From NCBI RefSeq assembly GCF_009914755.1, contig NC_060931.1: a DNA stretch of 64,000 nt; one strand, written 5' to 3'. Below are positions 36,102 through 54,092 of this stretch, in pieces. A program made the translations under genes and the position numbers. This DNA is from the human T2T-CHM13v2.0 reference genome, Homo sapiens. Below the pieces are notes generated by a model that was given only the letters and a program-made list of their open reading frames with translations, had not been told where the DNA came from and made no database searches. Position 1 is the stretch's first letter; the number at the start of each line of letters is the position of its first letter.

Positions 36102-36368
<267 letters not shown>

Positions 36369-36944
36369 TAGTTAGAGTGCTTTAAAATATGTGTATACCT
36401 TTCGTAGAATAGCATTGTGGATTTGCCAGCTTTTTTTGGTATACAGGTCTGCGCTTAATAACCTACATTTTCTCCTAATCTTCCTAAGAATGTCGTGCTT
36501 GGAAATCTTCTCCTCTTAATATAATAATCAAGGCCAGAATGTAATGAAATTCTTAGTTAAAAAGGGGCAACATATGTTCTGCATCAGTAGGTGGAAAGTA
36601 ACGCAGTTGGAAAATCTCACTAACCTTCATGCTGTCTAACCTCCTTTGTAGTTAAAACAAAAGTGCACAAATAGCATCCTAGGAGCATCCCACTGGATGG
36701 AATCGAAGGCTGGGCCTTACCACTAGCCCAGGCCAGGCTTACTCACTAGTGAAGTGTCAGCCTCACGCACGTAGCTCTTCATAGTTCACCGATGGAAACA
36801 AGCTTGTAGACTGGAGTAACATGAATATGCATATATCATGATATGCCTGTGTGTTTAGCCTGAAGAATCCCACTTTTCTCTGAAGCTCATCCAGTTTCTC
36901 TTCACAAAGGAGCTTTTTTTTTTGTTGTGTTTTGTTTTTAAATT

Positions 36945-37228
36945 TAAAAAGAGTCTCACTTTAGTGAGTGCCACTCTTAGTGTAGTGGCACGGTCTCAGC
37001 TCACTGCAGCCTCCCGCCTCCTGGGTTGAAGTGATTCTTGTGCCTCAGCCTCCTGAGTAGCTGGGATCACAGGTGTGCACCAGCAGGCCCAGCTAATTTT
37101 TGTATTTTTAATGGAGACAGGGTTTTTGTCGTGTTGGCCAGGCTGGTGTTGAACTGACCTCAGGTGGATCCACCCGTCTTGGCCTCCCAAAGTGCTAGGA
37201 TTACAGGCATGAGCCACCACTCCTGGCC
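36945..37228 (-). mobile_element. AluS SINE
   Basis: Alu consensus. Confidence 0.85.
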
Positions 37229-37527
37229 TGGAGCTGCTGTTTTGATTCTCTCATTTTTATTTTTAAGCCTCCACGATAAGAATTGGGAGAGCTTGTTATA
37301 TAGGGTTCCTTCTTCATCATGGTCAGAATTTTATTTTCTTTGAACATTGCGCTCATGCCATCTAGGTAAGTAGTGAATTCTGCTCGATTGGACCTCAGTT
37401 TTGATGTGCTTTCCCTCAACAGATCCTCTCATTTGATACCATGGAATATGCTGACCACAGGTTAAGAAAGCTAGTTAAAAATACCACGTAAATTGTCCTT
37501 TTTAAAAGTAATCAGTGGCTCCTGTAT

Positions 37528-37534
<7 letters not shown>

Positions 37535-37559
<25 letters not shown>

Positions 37560-37560
37560 G
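37535..37560 (+). repeat. (TG)13 microsatellite
   Basis: Read directly. Confidence 0.9.
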
Positions 37561-37634
37561 GTGGGGGTGTAAGCCTTCTCCACTTCTGAGGTGCCTTACA
37601 AAGTATCACAAGAATAAATACTTAGCGAGGCTTA

Positions 37635-37930
37635 ATCGAGACCAGTGCAGTAGCCACCAGCCACGTGTAGCTCCTGAGCCCTGGAGGCCTGGCTACTCCT
37701 AACGGAGATCAGCAGGAGTGTGAAATAGTCATTGGGTTTCAAAGATGGAACATGGGAAGCAGTGTAAAATACCGCAAATGATTTTGATTTTTTGTATTTC
37801 CAATTGAAATATTTTGGATATACTGTATTAAATAAAATACTAAAATTAATGTCACTAGTTTCTGCTTTTTAGTGAAATCATTAGAAAAGGTAAACTTAAC
37901 ATACCTGGTTCACATATTTCTTCAGGACAC
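37635..37930. mobile_element. MER33/MER3-like hAT-Charlie DNA transposon remnant
   Basis: gtagccaccagccacgtgtagct and atattttggatatactg..ttaaataaaata motifs. Confidence 0.6.
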
Positions 37931-38743
37931 CACCAGCCCTAGACAGTATCTGCGCTTAGATGATTGAATCATGTTCAGAGGTATGCGTCATTTGTGTTAA
38001 TGGGAGCATTTTGGAAACAGGACAAAAGCTCTAACCAGTAGACCAGCTTTAATATCGAAAAATAGGTTTGCTTTAGTGTGACTTGTGAAAGTTTTTAGTG
38101 TCCACACTGCGATAATATCCATAATGTATAATTGAGAATGGTGTTCATGAACTGTAGAACCATAGTTTTTTGAGACGAATACTTGTATTCTTTCTGCAAT
38201 TATTTTAGTTTTTTAATAATTTAGATTCTTATCCCCTGTGGTCCTGTGGCAAAGAGGAGGGAAGCCGATTAGGTTTGCTGTTCTGTGGTGGTGAGGTCAC
38301 TCTGTTCCTGTGGGGTAAGAGTGTCCATCACAGTCTGTGGAGTTTACAAGCCACGCCAAAGCAAACAGAGCTTGATACCGAGGCTGCTCTGCTGGTTGGA
38401 GCTTAATACTGGTCTCGGTTCCAGAATGTTCACATTAACACAACACGTGCTTCATGGTGCCAAGCAGACCACCCACAAGCAGGGGCTGTCTTTGGCATGT
38501 CAGAAAAGCTGCTTGGGTCCCGCGAAGCTCTGCATGAGGAGAGGGGGAGGGGAGAGGCTGCACTCTCGCGTTGCCCTAGAGTCCCCACTGAGGGATCTGA
38601 GAGACAGTCTTTCCCCCTGGGCACCCCAGCACTTCAGCTGAGGCCTTGATAGTTGCGTCGTTTATTACTCCTCGGTTCTATGCCTTAACATTAAATATTC
38701 TGCTACTGAACTTTCAAACTCTTGTCTTTGCATTACTAGTTGA

Positions 38744-39007
<264 letters not shown>

Positions 39008-39273
39008 TGAAGTAGAGGTTGTTGTATGCTAAATCTGGCGCCATGAAAATCTTTTGCTCTCCAAATTCATTAATTAAAGCCTTTTCTCTTAAATTTTACT
39101 TAACTGTTGAATTATTAGAGGGAATCTTTAATGTAATACAGTGTAATAAGTTTCTGCAGCATTGTTAAAATGGAAAATCATTAATAGTAAAGCCTTTACT
39201 GTTTTATAGCCTCTGCATGTATTTAGCATCCGCCTGTACGGTATTTGAGACACAATTTATTTTGTCAGGTTAA

Positions 39274-39555
<282 letters not shown>

Positions 39556-40215
39556 TTCAACGCACGCACTTAACAGAAATGTTAAACTATAACAAGCACC
39601 ATTTGAGGATTAACAGGAACATTTTTTTGAAGATTTCAAACGAACTCGACTTTCAGTATAATTGTACCTAAAGTATTTATAAACAGCTCATCGGAGCCTC
39701 TATTTGTCATAGACTTTTGAGTTGATTGTTGGGACCACATAATAGGACCATTTTTTTTTTGTCTTTAAAATTGTTGTAAATCTCTGTATGCACTTTGCTT
39801 TTTTATTAAACGTACTCCAAGGTGAGTCTTGACTCTTTAGTGTAGGACAAGATTGTACACTAACACCAGCATGGACCTGCTTTTCATTGTGTCTGAAATG
39901 TGAGCCACGTAGTGTCGGCCTGCTGTGAAGTTAACATTGCCAGGACGATTCTTCTACAGAAATAATTTCAATTTTTTTCAGTATTTAGTAGTGAAAGATA
40001 TTAATACATTAATGGTAATACATTTCTGGTTTAATATAAATTAAGGATGTTTTCTAGTTGTGCATGAATGCTGGCAACTTAGTAAGTTTTGACAATTGTT
40101 TAAATATGTAATGTTAAGCTTAGGTTTAAAAAAGTAAAGCTGGTAAACTGGGTCTTTGTCATTTGCTTTAAAAAAAAAAAAAAAGAAAATAAATGCGAAT
40201 GTGTTGGTGCATTCT
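39556..40215 (+). other. DNAJB6: 3'UTR of DNAJB6 isoform b (3' end approximate)
   Basis: AU-rich, repeat-free stretch between the stop codon and AATAAA at 40188-40193, followed by GU/U-rich sequence. Confidence 0.8.
40188..40193 (+). terminator. Poly(A) signal AATAAA for isoform b
   Basis: Canonical hexamer with downstream GT/T-rich elements (gtgttggtg; tttttgtgtctgtg). Confidence 0.75.
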
Positions 40216-40501
40216 TCCTGAGTGGGATCTGGAGCTTTTTTGTGTCTGTGTATGATTTGTGCCTGGGCTTCTAGTGTCACTTTAATAGCGTTTCGTGCTG
40301 TTCATTCAGGTGGATGCCGCACCTCAGTTACATGTAGACATTTTCTTCAGTATATTTGAAGTATATGAAGATTTTCATATTGTAAGTTGTGATTTAGCAA
40401 TTGATCAAACATTTAATTATGGTAACATTTCTACAGGAGAGGGAAGAAACCATTGTATAATTTTTCACTCTTAAAGTATGTTCTAGTTTGATGTAAGATC
40501 A

Positions 40502-40806
<305 letters not shown>

Positions 40807-41739
40807 TCACTTTGGGACAGTCAAGGTCTTTTGTTTCTCAGTTTGTAATATCTTTCATGATTACCATTGGTAACTAGAATCCTAGCTGTAGTGAATATTG
40901 AACTAGACTTTGACTGAATTTGAAACTGTTTTGGAACTAAACAGCGTGAAAACCGCTAGAAGGACAGGCGGTTCCCTGACAAACAGCGTAGCGTGTTCCA
41001 TCCGTGCTGGCTTTGCAGGAGGGCATAGAGATTGCTCGGGATACGCCAGAGCCCTTAAGCAACCTCACGTGCTGTTACTGAAAATAAGTAAAAAATATTT
41101 TAAGGAATTTCATAGGAGCTCAGAAAAGCATAGCAACAGTTAAGTAATTGGGGACAGTTGAAGTACAAGAAGAACAACGAGTGATGTGCTTGTCTGTTGT
41201 GTCGGAAATAACCCAGCACGCGGCACTTCCTGTCTCTGGATAAGGTAGGTATGCAGCCATGGCACGTGCGGGAAAGCGGGACAGCGCCCTCTAGTGTTGG
41301 AAATCCCACTCACAACTAGCATTGTGCGATCATAGAGCGCGCTTTTGTTTATGCCATCAGGACGGGTGGTTTTTTGTTACTAAATAAATTCAAGTAGATA
41401 CTTGGACTAAGGCGTTTTATATTTTTCATTAGTGGGTGGGATGAGTCAGTGCAGCAGCCTTGAGACATCCAGGGATGTCCAGAAATACCAGGAAAATGAA
41501 AAGTCTTTACCTGTAATTCTTAAACTAGGAAGCATTTTGCTATAGCGTTGGTACTACACAATTTTAGAACACATTTGGTTGTTCTAGACTTTGTGGAGTG
41601 TTTCATGCAACTCTAGCTGTGAACAGTTTACTCAACATGGTGTTACAGGTAAAATATGTTTGACTCCTAAGGAATCTTTCTGGTGAAAATTTTTTTTTGA
41701 GGAGGAGGGAGCATTCATTTGTACTTGGGAAAACTACTG

Positions 41740-42052
41740 TTTTGTTTGTTTGTTTGTTTGTTTGTTTTTTTGAGACGGAGTCTTGCTCTGTCATCCAGGC
41801 TGGAGTGCAGTGGTGTGATCTTGGCTCATTGTAACCTCTGCCTCCCGGGTTCAAGCAGTTCTCCTGCCTCAGCCTCCTGAGTAGCTGGGATTACAGGCAC
41901 CCACCACCACACTCAGCTAATTTTTGTATTTTTAGTAGAGATGGGATTTCACCATGTTGTCAGGGCTGGTCTGGAACTCTTGACTTCAAGTGATCCATCC
42001 ACCTTGGCCTCCCAAAGTGCTGGGATTACAGGCGTGAGCCACTGCGCCTGGC
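41740..42052 (-). mobile_element. Antisense AluS with (TTTG)n tail
   Basis: Alu consensus. Confidence 0.9.
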
Positions 42053-42529
42053 TGAGAAAATTACTTTTATTCTGTTCTTCCATTGATAGAAGTGTAATTT
42101 TATTAAGTTACTAATAGAATAGAAAGCCTATTTGTTGCTGTCAAATCTTACACCTTTCATTTTTAAACCCCGTTAAGTTTATTCCTAGAGAATTCAGTCT
42201 AAGGGTGCATGAGAGTACCTTTGAAAAGTTAGGAAATGGCTGTGAGCATTGATACCATCACTCAAGTAAGTGATGGCTTGGAAGAATAATAGCATTTGAT
42301 TTAAATTACAGTTTTTGGTAAATTCAACAGTCTCTTTACTTGCTGTAGTGTTGAGCGCCTCTGAAAATAGGAAGCTGAACGCTCCTTAACGGCACGTATC
42401 TGGTTGTGCACAGCCCCATGTGGTCCCATCCATTCTGGGGTGTGCTGTCTGCTGTGTTTGGTTTGTGCTCAACTTCCCTGTTTGAGATTCTTTTTTAAGT
42501 TTTATTTTTAAAGTCTTTAATTTTTAAAA

Positions 42530-42665
42530 ATACTTCAATAGCTTTTGGGGGGGGGGTAAGTGGTTTTTGGTGACGTAGATGCATTATATAGTGAATTCTG
42601 AGATGTTAGTGCTGCTGTCACCCAAGCAGTGTATGTTGTACCCAAAGTGTAGTTTTTTAATCCCT
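42530..42665 (-). mobile_element. L1PB-like 3'-end fragment
   Basis: tatagtgaattctgagatgttagtgc...tcacccaagcagtgta..tgtacccaa resembles primate L1 3'UTR. Confidence 0.6.
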
Positions 42666-44759
42666 GTTTGGCATCCTTTTGTCTGGAGGGCTCAATAATC
42701 TGTATTTTTGTCATCTCCTGTTTTCCTATTCCTTGTAGCTCCCCACCCCGTTGGTTTGATTTGAGTGATGGATTATTCCTTATATTTCTATCCTTTATAA
42801 AATTTAAGCTTTTTAGATTCCAAAGATTCCAGGCTTGATTTTGGAAACTCGGGGTTTTAAATAATCTGAAAGATGTCAATCAATAGTGGCATCATGGGCG
42901 ACTTGTCATTCTTCCTCTTGGAAGTCCTTCAATGAGTAGATTTTAGAAGTGGGTAGAGTTAGTGTCACCATTTGCTAAACTTACCTGTGCACCTAGTGTG
43001 CTGAAGTAAATGTTCCTTACAATGTGGAAACGCTTGAGGAACACTGTGGGGTGATTGTCTTTCCAATCAATTTTAATTTCTGTTTATTAATTAGAGCTTG
43101 AAAAATGCCTGCTTATCCTGTCTTGATTACCTTCTAGATATCATTTCTTTCCGGGAATACTGATCTTGTTTTAAGCACTATAGAATGAATTAGAAACATT
43201 TTTATTTGCAGAGGATTCAACGGTAATAAATAATTGGCATATTATCTCTGTTATTGATTGGCAGCAGTGTTGAAATTTAGCCATTAGCATGTTCAGTGAC
43301 AGAATGGAGGCAGATGTTGTTATTTCGGAGGTTTTCAAGCACAAAATTATGTTTAGTTGATTTGAATACTTGGTTTCGTGGGGTCTGGAGGGGACTGAAT
43401 TACATAACCCACTGCTGTTTGTATTTTTAAAAACGAAGGCATGAGATCTTACCCTTTGGGGTCTTGATTTCAAAGCCTTTGGATATGGTATTCCTAGCTG
43501 TTCTAGGGACGTGGGGGGAGCTAGATGTAGGCCTTGGTACTAAAGTGTGACCAATGGTTGAAATGGGGTAGACCGAAGTCTGTCATTTGGCTACGTTATT
43601 TCGTCTTCCTGTTTAAAAAGGTGAAAAGAGGGAATGTCACAGCAGCTATTCCTGTGTTAGAAATCTAGACGTCACTGATTTCCAGAGACAGCAGAGTTTA
43701 TGATTGGGCGTTAGAAGGCCTGTCCTGGCTTCTGTGCTTTGGTCAGTATTTGCTGCCTTTTGTGCAGGGTATCAGTCGGTCTTACCTAACTGTTCACTAA
43801 GGACTCGACTCTGAGCTTTGTGGCCTGGGCAAGTTGCACACTCAGGGCAGACCCCTGACTGCGCTTTGCCCTTTTCCCTGTACCCTGATTGGGAGAAGAT
43901 TCCTGCCTCGGAGTGCAACCCCAACAGGAATGCAGGTCCTGTGAAGGCAGTAATTCTCGTCTGTCTGGCTGCTGCTGTGTCCTGGCAGGTGTGCCCTGGA
44001 AGCATCCCGTGAGTGCTGGCTGCGGAAACCCAGATGGTGGTTGCTGTCCCACAGCCCTTGATTCAGAGATGCCCTGGACCACAGCTGCCTGGAGTGTAGA
44101 GCAGAGGCTTACTCCCCACACCCCTCCTGCTGTGCGACCTGCGGCCCAGCCTGCTGTTGGAGGCTTGCCATGTGGATCCGAAGGACCTGCGTCTTGGCTT
44201 TACAAAGATTCTCCACTCCTGGGAGCCCTGACTAGCAAACGTCTGTGTAGTGTTGATGCCACACTGCAGTTGTTAACATCGCGTCCTTTTCTGCCCTGTT
44301 AGGTTGGTTTCTCTCTTAAACAGGGCAGCGCTGTCATCCCATTCCCCCGCCTGGTCCTTCCTCTTCCCCCTAGCTGGTTACTGAACTGACTGCCATTCAG
44401 GCACTGATGGGAAATCACTTCCAGAACTTGCAAAACCATAGAGACCGGAGGTTTTCTGAAGGAGGCTTTGGTGCTGAAACATTGCTGCTGAAACATTGTT
44501 GCAGAAATGTGGGGTGGAGCCTCCTTCCTGCCCGTCTCACCCAGGGGATGTGGTTTGCTTCCCGTGTGGTCAGCGCTGTGCTGCGAGCTCTGAGAGGTGA
44601 CCTTTTCCTCTGCCTTCCCACAGCTGCCCTGAGTTGGCAAAAAGTGCTTTGCCCAAGGACAGGGTCTAATTGATAATGGCGTGTGGGGGAGATGTGGCTC
44701 CTGAGGCCTGGAGCATGCATTCATTCATTCCTTTATATTATTTTATATTTTACTTAACT

Positions 44760-47185
<2,426 letters not shown>

Positions 47186-47633
47186 TATTCTGATTTTAAA
47201 AAAGAATTGGAATATCATATTTTTTACAATTGGAAAACTCTATAAATTTTCTAATTTTTACCCTTATTTTTCTTATTGATATAAGTATTTTTGTCTTGTT
47301 TTCCAGCAGGCTGATTTTAGTATTTTACTGTGTGATTATGTTTCTGAGAAAGATTAGTTACTGTGTTTATGTCCCAAAATTCCTCTACATGGCACTGTTG
47401 GGTTCTCTTGTACCTTGATTTTACTTTGGGTTTTAGATTCTGTAGAGAGGGTGAAGCTCCCGGCCCTGTGATCTTGAGGAGGGTGAGTTGGGAGCCGTCC
47501 ATGCCCTGCCTACCCCAACACCAGGTTCAGCTGCCTGTGAAGTCATTTGTTTCGTGCACATTTCCTAGTTACTGGTATTTTTTAATCATTAAAAATGTTT
47601 TTAAATTATTGATAGTAATTGTACGTATTTGTA

Positions 47634-47701
47634 GGGTGCATGTGTGCAGTGGGTGATGATCAGATCGGGGTGCATGTGTGCAGTGGGTGATGATCAGATT
47701 G
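47634..47701 (+). repeat. 34-bp tandem duplication within an L1M 3'-end-like fragment
   Basis: gggtgcatgtgtgcagtgggtgatgatcagatYg x2. Confidence 0.85.
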
Positions 47702-48291
47702 GGGTTAATGGCAGAGCCACCTCACAGTTACTGTTTTGTGTTGGGAACATTCAGAGCCTCTCAGAAAACTTTATTTCCTAAGCTGGTTTGTTGAGGGGTT
47801 TTCTTTCATATCAGTTTGCTAATTTATGTGTTCACTGGAAGCATCCACGGTGTTCTGAGGCCTGTGATCATGCGCCTTTCTCATTCTTTACATTTGTCCG
47901 TGTCTGAAGGTTTCCAAGTGTTTTCCTGTTGGTTTAGTTTCTCTCAAAAGAATACCTTTCTCATATCTTATTATTATCCTGAGTTTTTCTTCCTATTTTG
48001 GTTAGTTGTGCTTCTGCAGAATATTTATTTGCAGTACTTTTGTTCATAAATAGGAATGTTAAGAATTGTTTTTAAGTTCGACTTGTAAAACATTTTTGTT
48101 GACTTCTAAGTCGTTCTTTTAAATTTCTATTTTCATTCAAAAATAACCCATATGACATCTATTTTTTGGAAGGAAGGGTTAAGAAACAGCAGATGTTGCC
48201 TTGTCAATTCTGTGAGCTTGTATTCTACTGGATTTTTTTCTATCTTGCTTAAGAAATGCTGCCCCTGTGTATCTACCTTAAAAAATGTTTA

Positions 48292-50157
48292 AGTCCAGGC
48301 GTGGTGGCTCACGCCTGTATTCCAGCACTTTGAGTGGCTAAGTGGGTGGATCGCTTGAGCCCTGGAGGTCGAGGCTACAGTGAGTCGTGATGACACCACT
48401 GCACTCCAGTCTGGTGATGGAGTGAGACCCTGTCTCAGAAAAAAAAAAGTTGAAAATATGAATCCATCTAGAACATTTGTGTGAAGTGGCCTCACTTTTT
48501 CCTCCTCTATGGACAATTTGTCCTTCCTCCATGATGAATTGTGATTTAATTTTTAATGATTTGCTTGTCTGCAGCTTTTTTGGGAGGAACTTTATTGGGA
48601 TTTGCCCATCATGAGTACATTTGTTAAGGATGGGTGCGATTTCCCTCTTGTGAAGAAGCAACACATCACAAGAGCAGATTTTGTCCCCGCCTCTCAGCGG
48701 AGCTTAGAACCATACAGAAAGTGGGCCAGACGTGGTGGCTTACGCCTGTAATTCCAGCACTTTGGGAGGCTGAGCTGCGTGGCGGGTGGATTGCTTGAGC
48801 CCAGCCTGGGCAACGTGGTGAGACTCTGTCTCCACAAAGAATAGAAAATATTAGCCTGGCTTGGGGGTGCACGCCTCTAGTCCCAGCTACTCAGGAGGCT
48901 AAGGTGCGAGGATTGCTTGAGCTGGTGGAGGTCAAGGCTGCAGTGAGCCAGGATTGCACCACTCGGCACTCCAGCCTGGGCAACAGAGCAAGACCCTGTG
49001 CCCGCCGCGCCCCCCCACCTCCCAAAAAACCCCAGAAAGCAGAGAGTTAGCTGTTTGTCTTCCCCATCCGGTATTACCAGGGCTGGAAGCATACTTGAGA
49101 GCACTACGTTTAATGGGCAGCATTTTGGGAGGGGGCTGGGGGGGGGTTGGTGCTGGGCACATCTGGCCACTTAATGTAGTTAAAGCAATAGCAACTGAAT
49201 GAAAAGCTCTAACATGAATTCATCGTTTCATCTGTTATCTGACTTTTAACATTAACATATCTAGTTCTGCTTTTGTCTGTCTTTTAAAGAGAATTGCATG
49301 GGCAGCTTCTCTGTTTTTCCTGCGTATGCAGGAGCTTAGCTTTGGGCTCCTGAGCTCAGGCCTTCTCAGCTCTGATGAGCTTCAGGAGAGGCAGTTGGAG
49401 GTTGAATCTGGGTGGTGTATGCCTTCTTATGGAAGTCCCTGATGGGAAGACAGAGGAGCTCTGAGAAGAAACTAGAATGACTTGTCATTACATTTTTATG
49501 TGGAATAAGATTCAGATGTCTTTAGAAAAATAAAATTTTGTGAATATGCGAGTCTGCAAAAGTTACAACATTCATTCTACGTTTTTTCTTTTCTTTTTTT
49601 TTTTTTTTTTTGAGACGGAGTCATGCTCTGTCGCCCAGGCTGGAGTACAGTGGGGCGATCTCGGCTCACTGCAACCTCTGCCTCCCTAGTAGCTGGGATT
49701 ACAGGCCTGTGCCACCACACCCGGCTAATTCTTTTTATATTTTCAGTAGAGACAGAGTTTCACTCTGTTGGCCAGGCTGGTCTTGAACTCCTGACCTCAA
49801 GTGATCCACCTGCCTTGGCCTCCCAAAGTGCTGGGATTACAGGCTTGAGCCTGTAATTTTTTTTTTTTTTTTTGGAGACGTAGTCTTACTCTGTCACCCA
49901 GGCTGGAGTGCAGTGAAGTGAACTCGGCTCACTGCAACCTCCGTCTCCTGGGTTCAAGCGATTCTCATGCCTCAGCCTCCTGAATAGCTAGGACTACTGG
50001 TGTGTGCCACCACGCCCAGCTAATATTTTGCATTTTTAGGAGAGACAGAGTTTCACTATGTTGCCCAGGCTGGTCTCAAAACCCTGACCTCAGGCAATCT
50101 GCCCGCTTCAGCCTCCCAAAGTGCTGGGATTACATGCGTGAGCCACTGTGCCTGGCC
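48292..50157. mobile_element. Alus: sense ~48292-48448 and ~48724-49000; antisense ~49582-49850 and ~49856-50157
   Basis: Alu consensus. Confidence 0.83.
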
Positions 50158-51777
50158 CCATGTTCCTTTTCAAGATTTAATGATTAAGTGGGCAACAGTT
50201 AAATCCCTCCAGCGCCTCAGCCTAACCAGGGAGCGGGGCAGTCTCAGGGCGACGTGTTTCTTGAGGACGCTTAGATGCCTAGGGTTCCGTTTATAAAGAG
50301 TTCCTTCAATAAAAATCACACTTAGACTTTATGTAGTGGGCAGTTAGAAACAGGGAACTAAAGACTTTTCCTTTCTCTGCCTCCAGCAAAGCCCAGGCAC
50401 CCCACCCAGCACCATGCTGTCAGCCGTGGGGACAGGCAGCCCAAGGCTGCAGGGAGAGGGCCCCAGGAGGCCTGGCCCTGTGGGTTGAGGCTGCAGTGCG
50501 CCCTGGGCCCCCTCCTCTGCTCTCAGTGTGAGAGTCCACTCTCTCTGCTGCCCTCTGGGGTACTCTGTGGACCGCAGCTGTGTCCATACTAAAACATGAC
50601 CAAAGGCTGTAATTTCCGGCTTTCATAGCCCTTTGTCAGGGTATCGTATATTGTGAGTTCCTGGGAAATGGGCACAAATCAAAGGGACCCAGTTCGGGGC
50701 AGGGAGGCCACAGCGTATCCCCCGAGACTGAGGAACTTCAGACAGTTCAAGTCTAAGGGGTTTTTCAGGCATAAACATCCACCGCCCGCCTCCTTTTCTA
50801 CATGGGAAGGCCGACGCCACAGTGTGCTTTAGTTGGTTTCCATCTGAAAGGGGTCCTGAACCTGCCACGGGACGTGATGCCAGTGGTAGCTGAATGTGCC
50901 TCACTCCAGGTCCTCCTGGAATTATCCTCACCACTCGGCTGAGGGATGCTGTCCACACCCCTCTCACCGATGTGGACGTGTGCACGCGGTGTGTGTGCAG
51001 AATCCAGGCTATCAGGATGCTGTGCCGTGGCTGCCCCTGCGAGGCCCGTGTGAAGCCAGCCCCGTGCGTCTGTAGCTACCCCTTGAGGAGTAACCCGAGC
51101 GGCGTGCTTCCTGGGAAGTTGCTAAGCTGCGCTGAGGTGGTAACAACAGCATGTGGCCTCCACCTCACGTAAGCATTTGGTGTCTCCTTGAACCTCTGTT
51201 GTGCACCAGCACCTAGGAGACACTGAAGAGCCAGACCCAGTCACGGCCGCCCAGCCAGGGAGAGGGGGTGCGGGTGAATGGTGTCCTGCAGGTGCTGGGC
51301 CGGAACCTCTGTGTCGCTGCGGTGGTGTGTTCAGCTCTGACATGAGTGGGGATGCCAACCCCAGCAGGGCTTCTGGGAATCTTTTGGCCTTTTGTTGGCG
51401 GGGTTTCGTGAGCCTCTTATGCTGGGAGGAATCCAACAGGAGACTTTCCTCCTCATTGTCCTCAGCCTTCGCCCGTGCTCCGATTTCCTCCTGTGTCCCC
51501 ATGTGTGCTCCAGTGCCACCATCCCTCTCCCAGCTGGGCCCTGGGCACGTCCCCGTGCCGTCAGCCAGTGCGCTCTTGGAGCAGTTATTTCCAAACCGAC
51601 CTTCACGTCTTCATTCCCTGGAGCCACCTCTTCATAAGTAGCCATGAAGAGTTAATTGTGGCACCTGTTCTCCCTCTCGACCTCTGCCCTTCATCCTTCT
51701 CAATTCAGCTTCTATGTCACGAGCCCATCACGTGGCTGGCAAAAGCAAGTCACTGTCCTGTTTAAAACTGTTCAGGA

Positions 51778-51935
51778 GTCTGGGCGTGGTGGCCCACGCC
51801 TGTAATCCCAGCTACTCGGAAGGCTGAGGCAGAATTACTTGAACCGGGAGGCAGAGTTTGCAGTGAGCTGAGATGGCGCCACTGCACTCCAGTCTGGGCA
51901 GCAGAGCGAGACTCTTGTCTCAAAACAAACAAAAA
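51778..51935 (+). mobile_element. Alu right monomer (FRAM-like)
   Basis: Right-arm consensus with A-rich tail. Confidence 0.8.
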
Positions 51936-53583
51936 CTTGTTCAGCCTTCGTACCTGCTCTGCCCTGTGTTTGAAGCCGGGTTCCTAGCGTTTCCCCAGCA
52001 GATGGCGTCTGCCATTCCAGGGCTGTTCGATGTGCCTTTGTATCTGCAGAGTGCAGACAGACAGCACTGCCTTGCCACATTGTTTGGAGTCTGTCCACCC
52101 TTGAGCTCCCTAGGAGTGAGGGCAGGGTCTTGCTGGGTGTCCCCAGTGCCTGGCACACATTAAATGTTTGAATGAGCCCATCTTCTGATGGGCCAGGCAT
52201 GCATTTTTGGTTGTTTGAATAATCTGCAGTGTGTGAGTGGTATTCCTAATTTGTGTAAGTAGCGACTAACCCCCCTCTCTCCCCAAAAAAAGTCAAAGAA
52301 AGGAGCAGTCTCCCCAGGGGCCTCGTGGATTGTGTGTATTTGGGAAAAGCGTGTTTTTATCTGCAGGAGTTTGTTTTCATCTGCGTGTTATCAGCCAGGC
52401 TCCTGCACTCCATTCAGACTCCATTTGGGGAAGAAACTGGAGCCTCTGATAAGATGGCCATGCCCGCGCGGCAGCTGCGGAACATTCCTCTAATAGCTTC
52501 TCGATGATTTCAGTGTGTTTTTGGCTTGAGGGGGGGGATGCTGGCAGATCTTGTTTCTGTTTTTAAATTTTATTTAACTGTGGTTACAAAACAGGATGTT
52601 TTCTGGTATATTTAGTTCCCCCAATAAAAAGAAACTTGATCTGTTGTAACCAGCCTACATTTTAGTAATTTATAAGGTTTAATATTTAATTCACACACAG
52701 GAAGAAGCAGAAATTATACCCAAACAGTAAATTATCTATGGGCTGTAGAATTAGAAGTGACTTGTTTTTTCTACAACTAATGTGTATTGCCTTTTCCGTA
52801 CAAATTGCTAAACTAAAATTGTTTAAACAATTAGTGGTAAATTTCCAAAGAAGAGTAATTAATGGTATTACATGGAAAGTTTTAAAAGGCTATATAGAAA
52901 GATTTTAGAAAATGGTTGGCTTTCAGAAAGTGGTGTTGGCTCTCAGAGGGTGAGGCTGAACGGCAGTGAATGCCCTTTTTTGGTTTTAATTTGGGGAATT
53001 TTAGGTTAATTTGTGAGAAGTTGAGTTGTTTTCTTAAGGATGTTTGTAGAAGTTCCGCTGACAAGTTTGTTGGGGGCTCTTCGTGTGAGATCTTGCACGA
53101 GTCAGGCTGCTTGACTGGAAGGTTCTCAGCAGCTTTTGCAGGTCGGGTCCCTGTGGCCCCCCGCCATCCCCTGCCTTGTCTGGTGATGCTCATGCCTAGA
53201 AGGGAGGTCTTTCGCCTCCTGATGAGTAGGTGCCAGGAAAGTGGCCCTGCCCCTGCTTGGTGCTAAAGAACAGCCCTGACCGCATCAGGACATTTTGGCC
53301 AGTGGTGGTCCACGTAGACCGCAGGGGTTGCGTAAGGTTAGGACGGCATTTTCACTGCATGTGATCCAGGTTTGTATCCTTGCCGTTGACCTACAGCTGC
53401 TTGCAGCGCTCAGTGCTGGGATGGCGGCACAGGTTTGCGGCCTAGCAGCAGTCGGCCGGGCCCTGCAGCCTGGGTGTGGAGTGGGCCGTGCCCTCTAGGC
53501 CTGAGTGCGGTGACATCACCTAACATACCCCTGTTGCTAAGCTGCATGTGACTATATATCTATATATCTCTCTCTCTATCTGT

Positions 53584-53877
53584 ATTTTTTTTTTGGAGAT
53601 GGAGTCTCGCCCTGTCGCCCAAGCTGGAGAGCAATGGCACAGTTGTGGCTCACTGCAACGTCCGCCTCCTGGGTTCAAGCAATTCTCCTGCCTTAGCCTC
53701 TGGAGTAGCTGGGATTACAGGTGCGCGCCACCACCCCTGGCTAACTTTTGTATTTTTAGTAGAGACGGGGTTTCACCACGTTGGCCAGGCTGATCTCAAA
53801 ATCCTGACCTCAGGTGATCTGCCTGCCTCAGCCTCCCAAAGTGCTTGGATGACAGACGTGAGCCGCCGCACCCGGCC
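53584..53877 (-). mobile_element. AluS SINE
   Basis: Alu consensus. Confidence 0.88.
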
Positions 53878-54092
53878 TGTATTTTGTCAGGAGAATATCA
53901 GCATGAGTTAAGTTTATGATGCAGGTGTTCAAAGTTTTTGTTTAGTTGGGGAAAGTGCAGTATTTTGTACCACCCAGTAAAGCCTTTGTAAAGCCAAAAC
54001 ATGAAGTAGATATTGATCACTAATAAGGTTTAATACAGTTGGTTTTGCCTTTTTTCGGTTTCTTTGTGAGCTGCAGTAACGGGAAAGCAAGT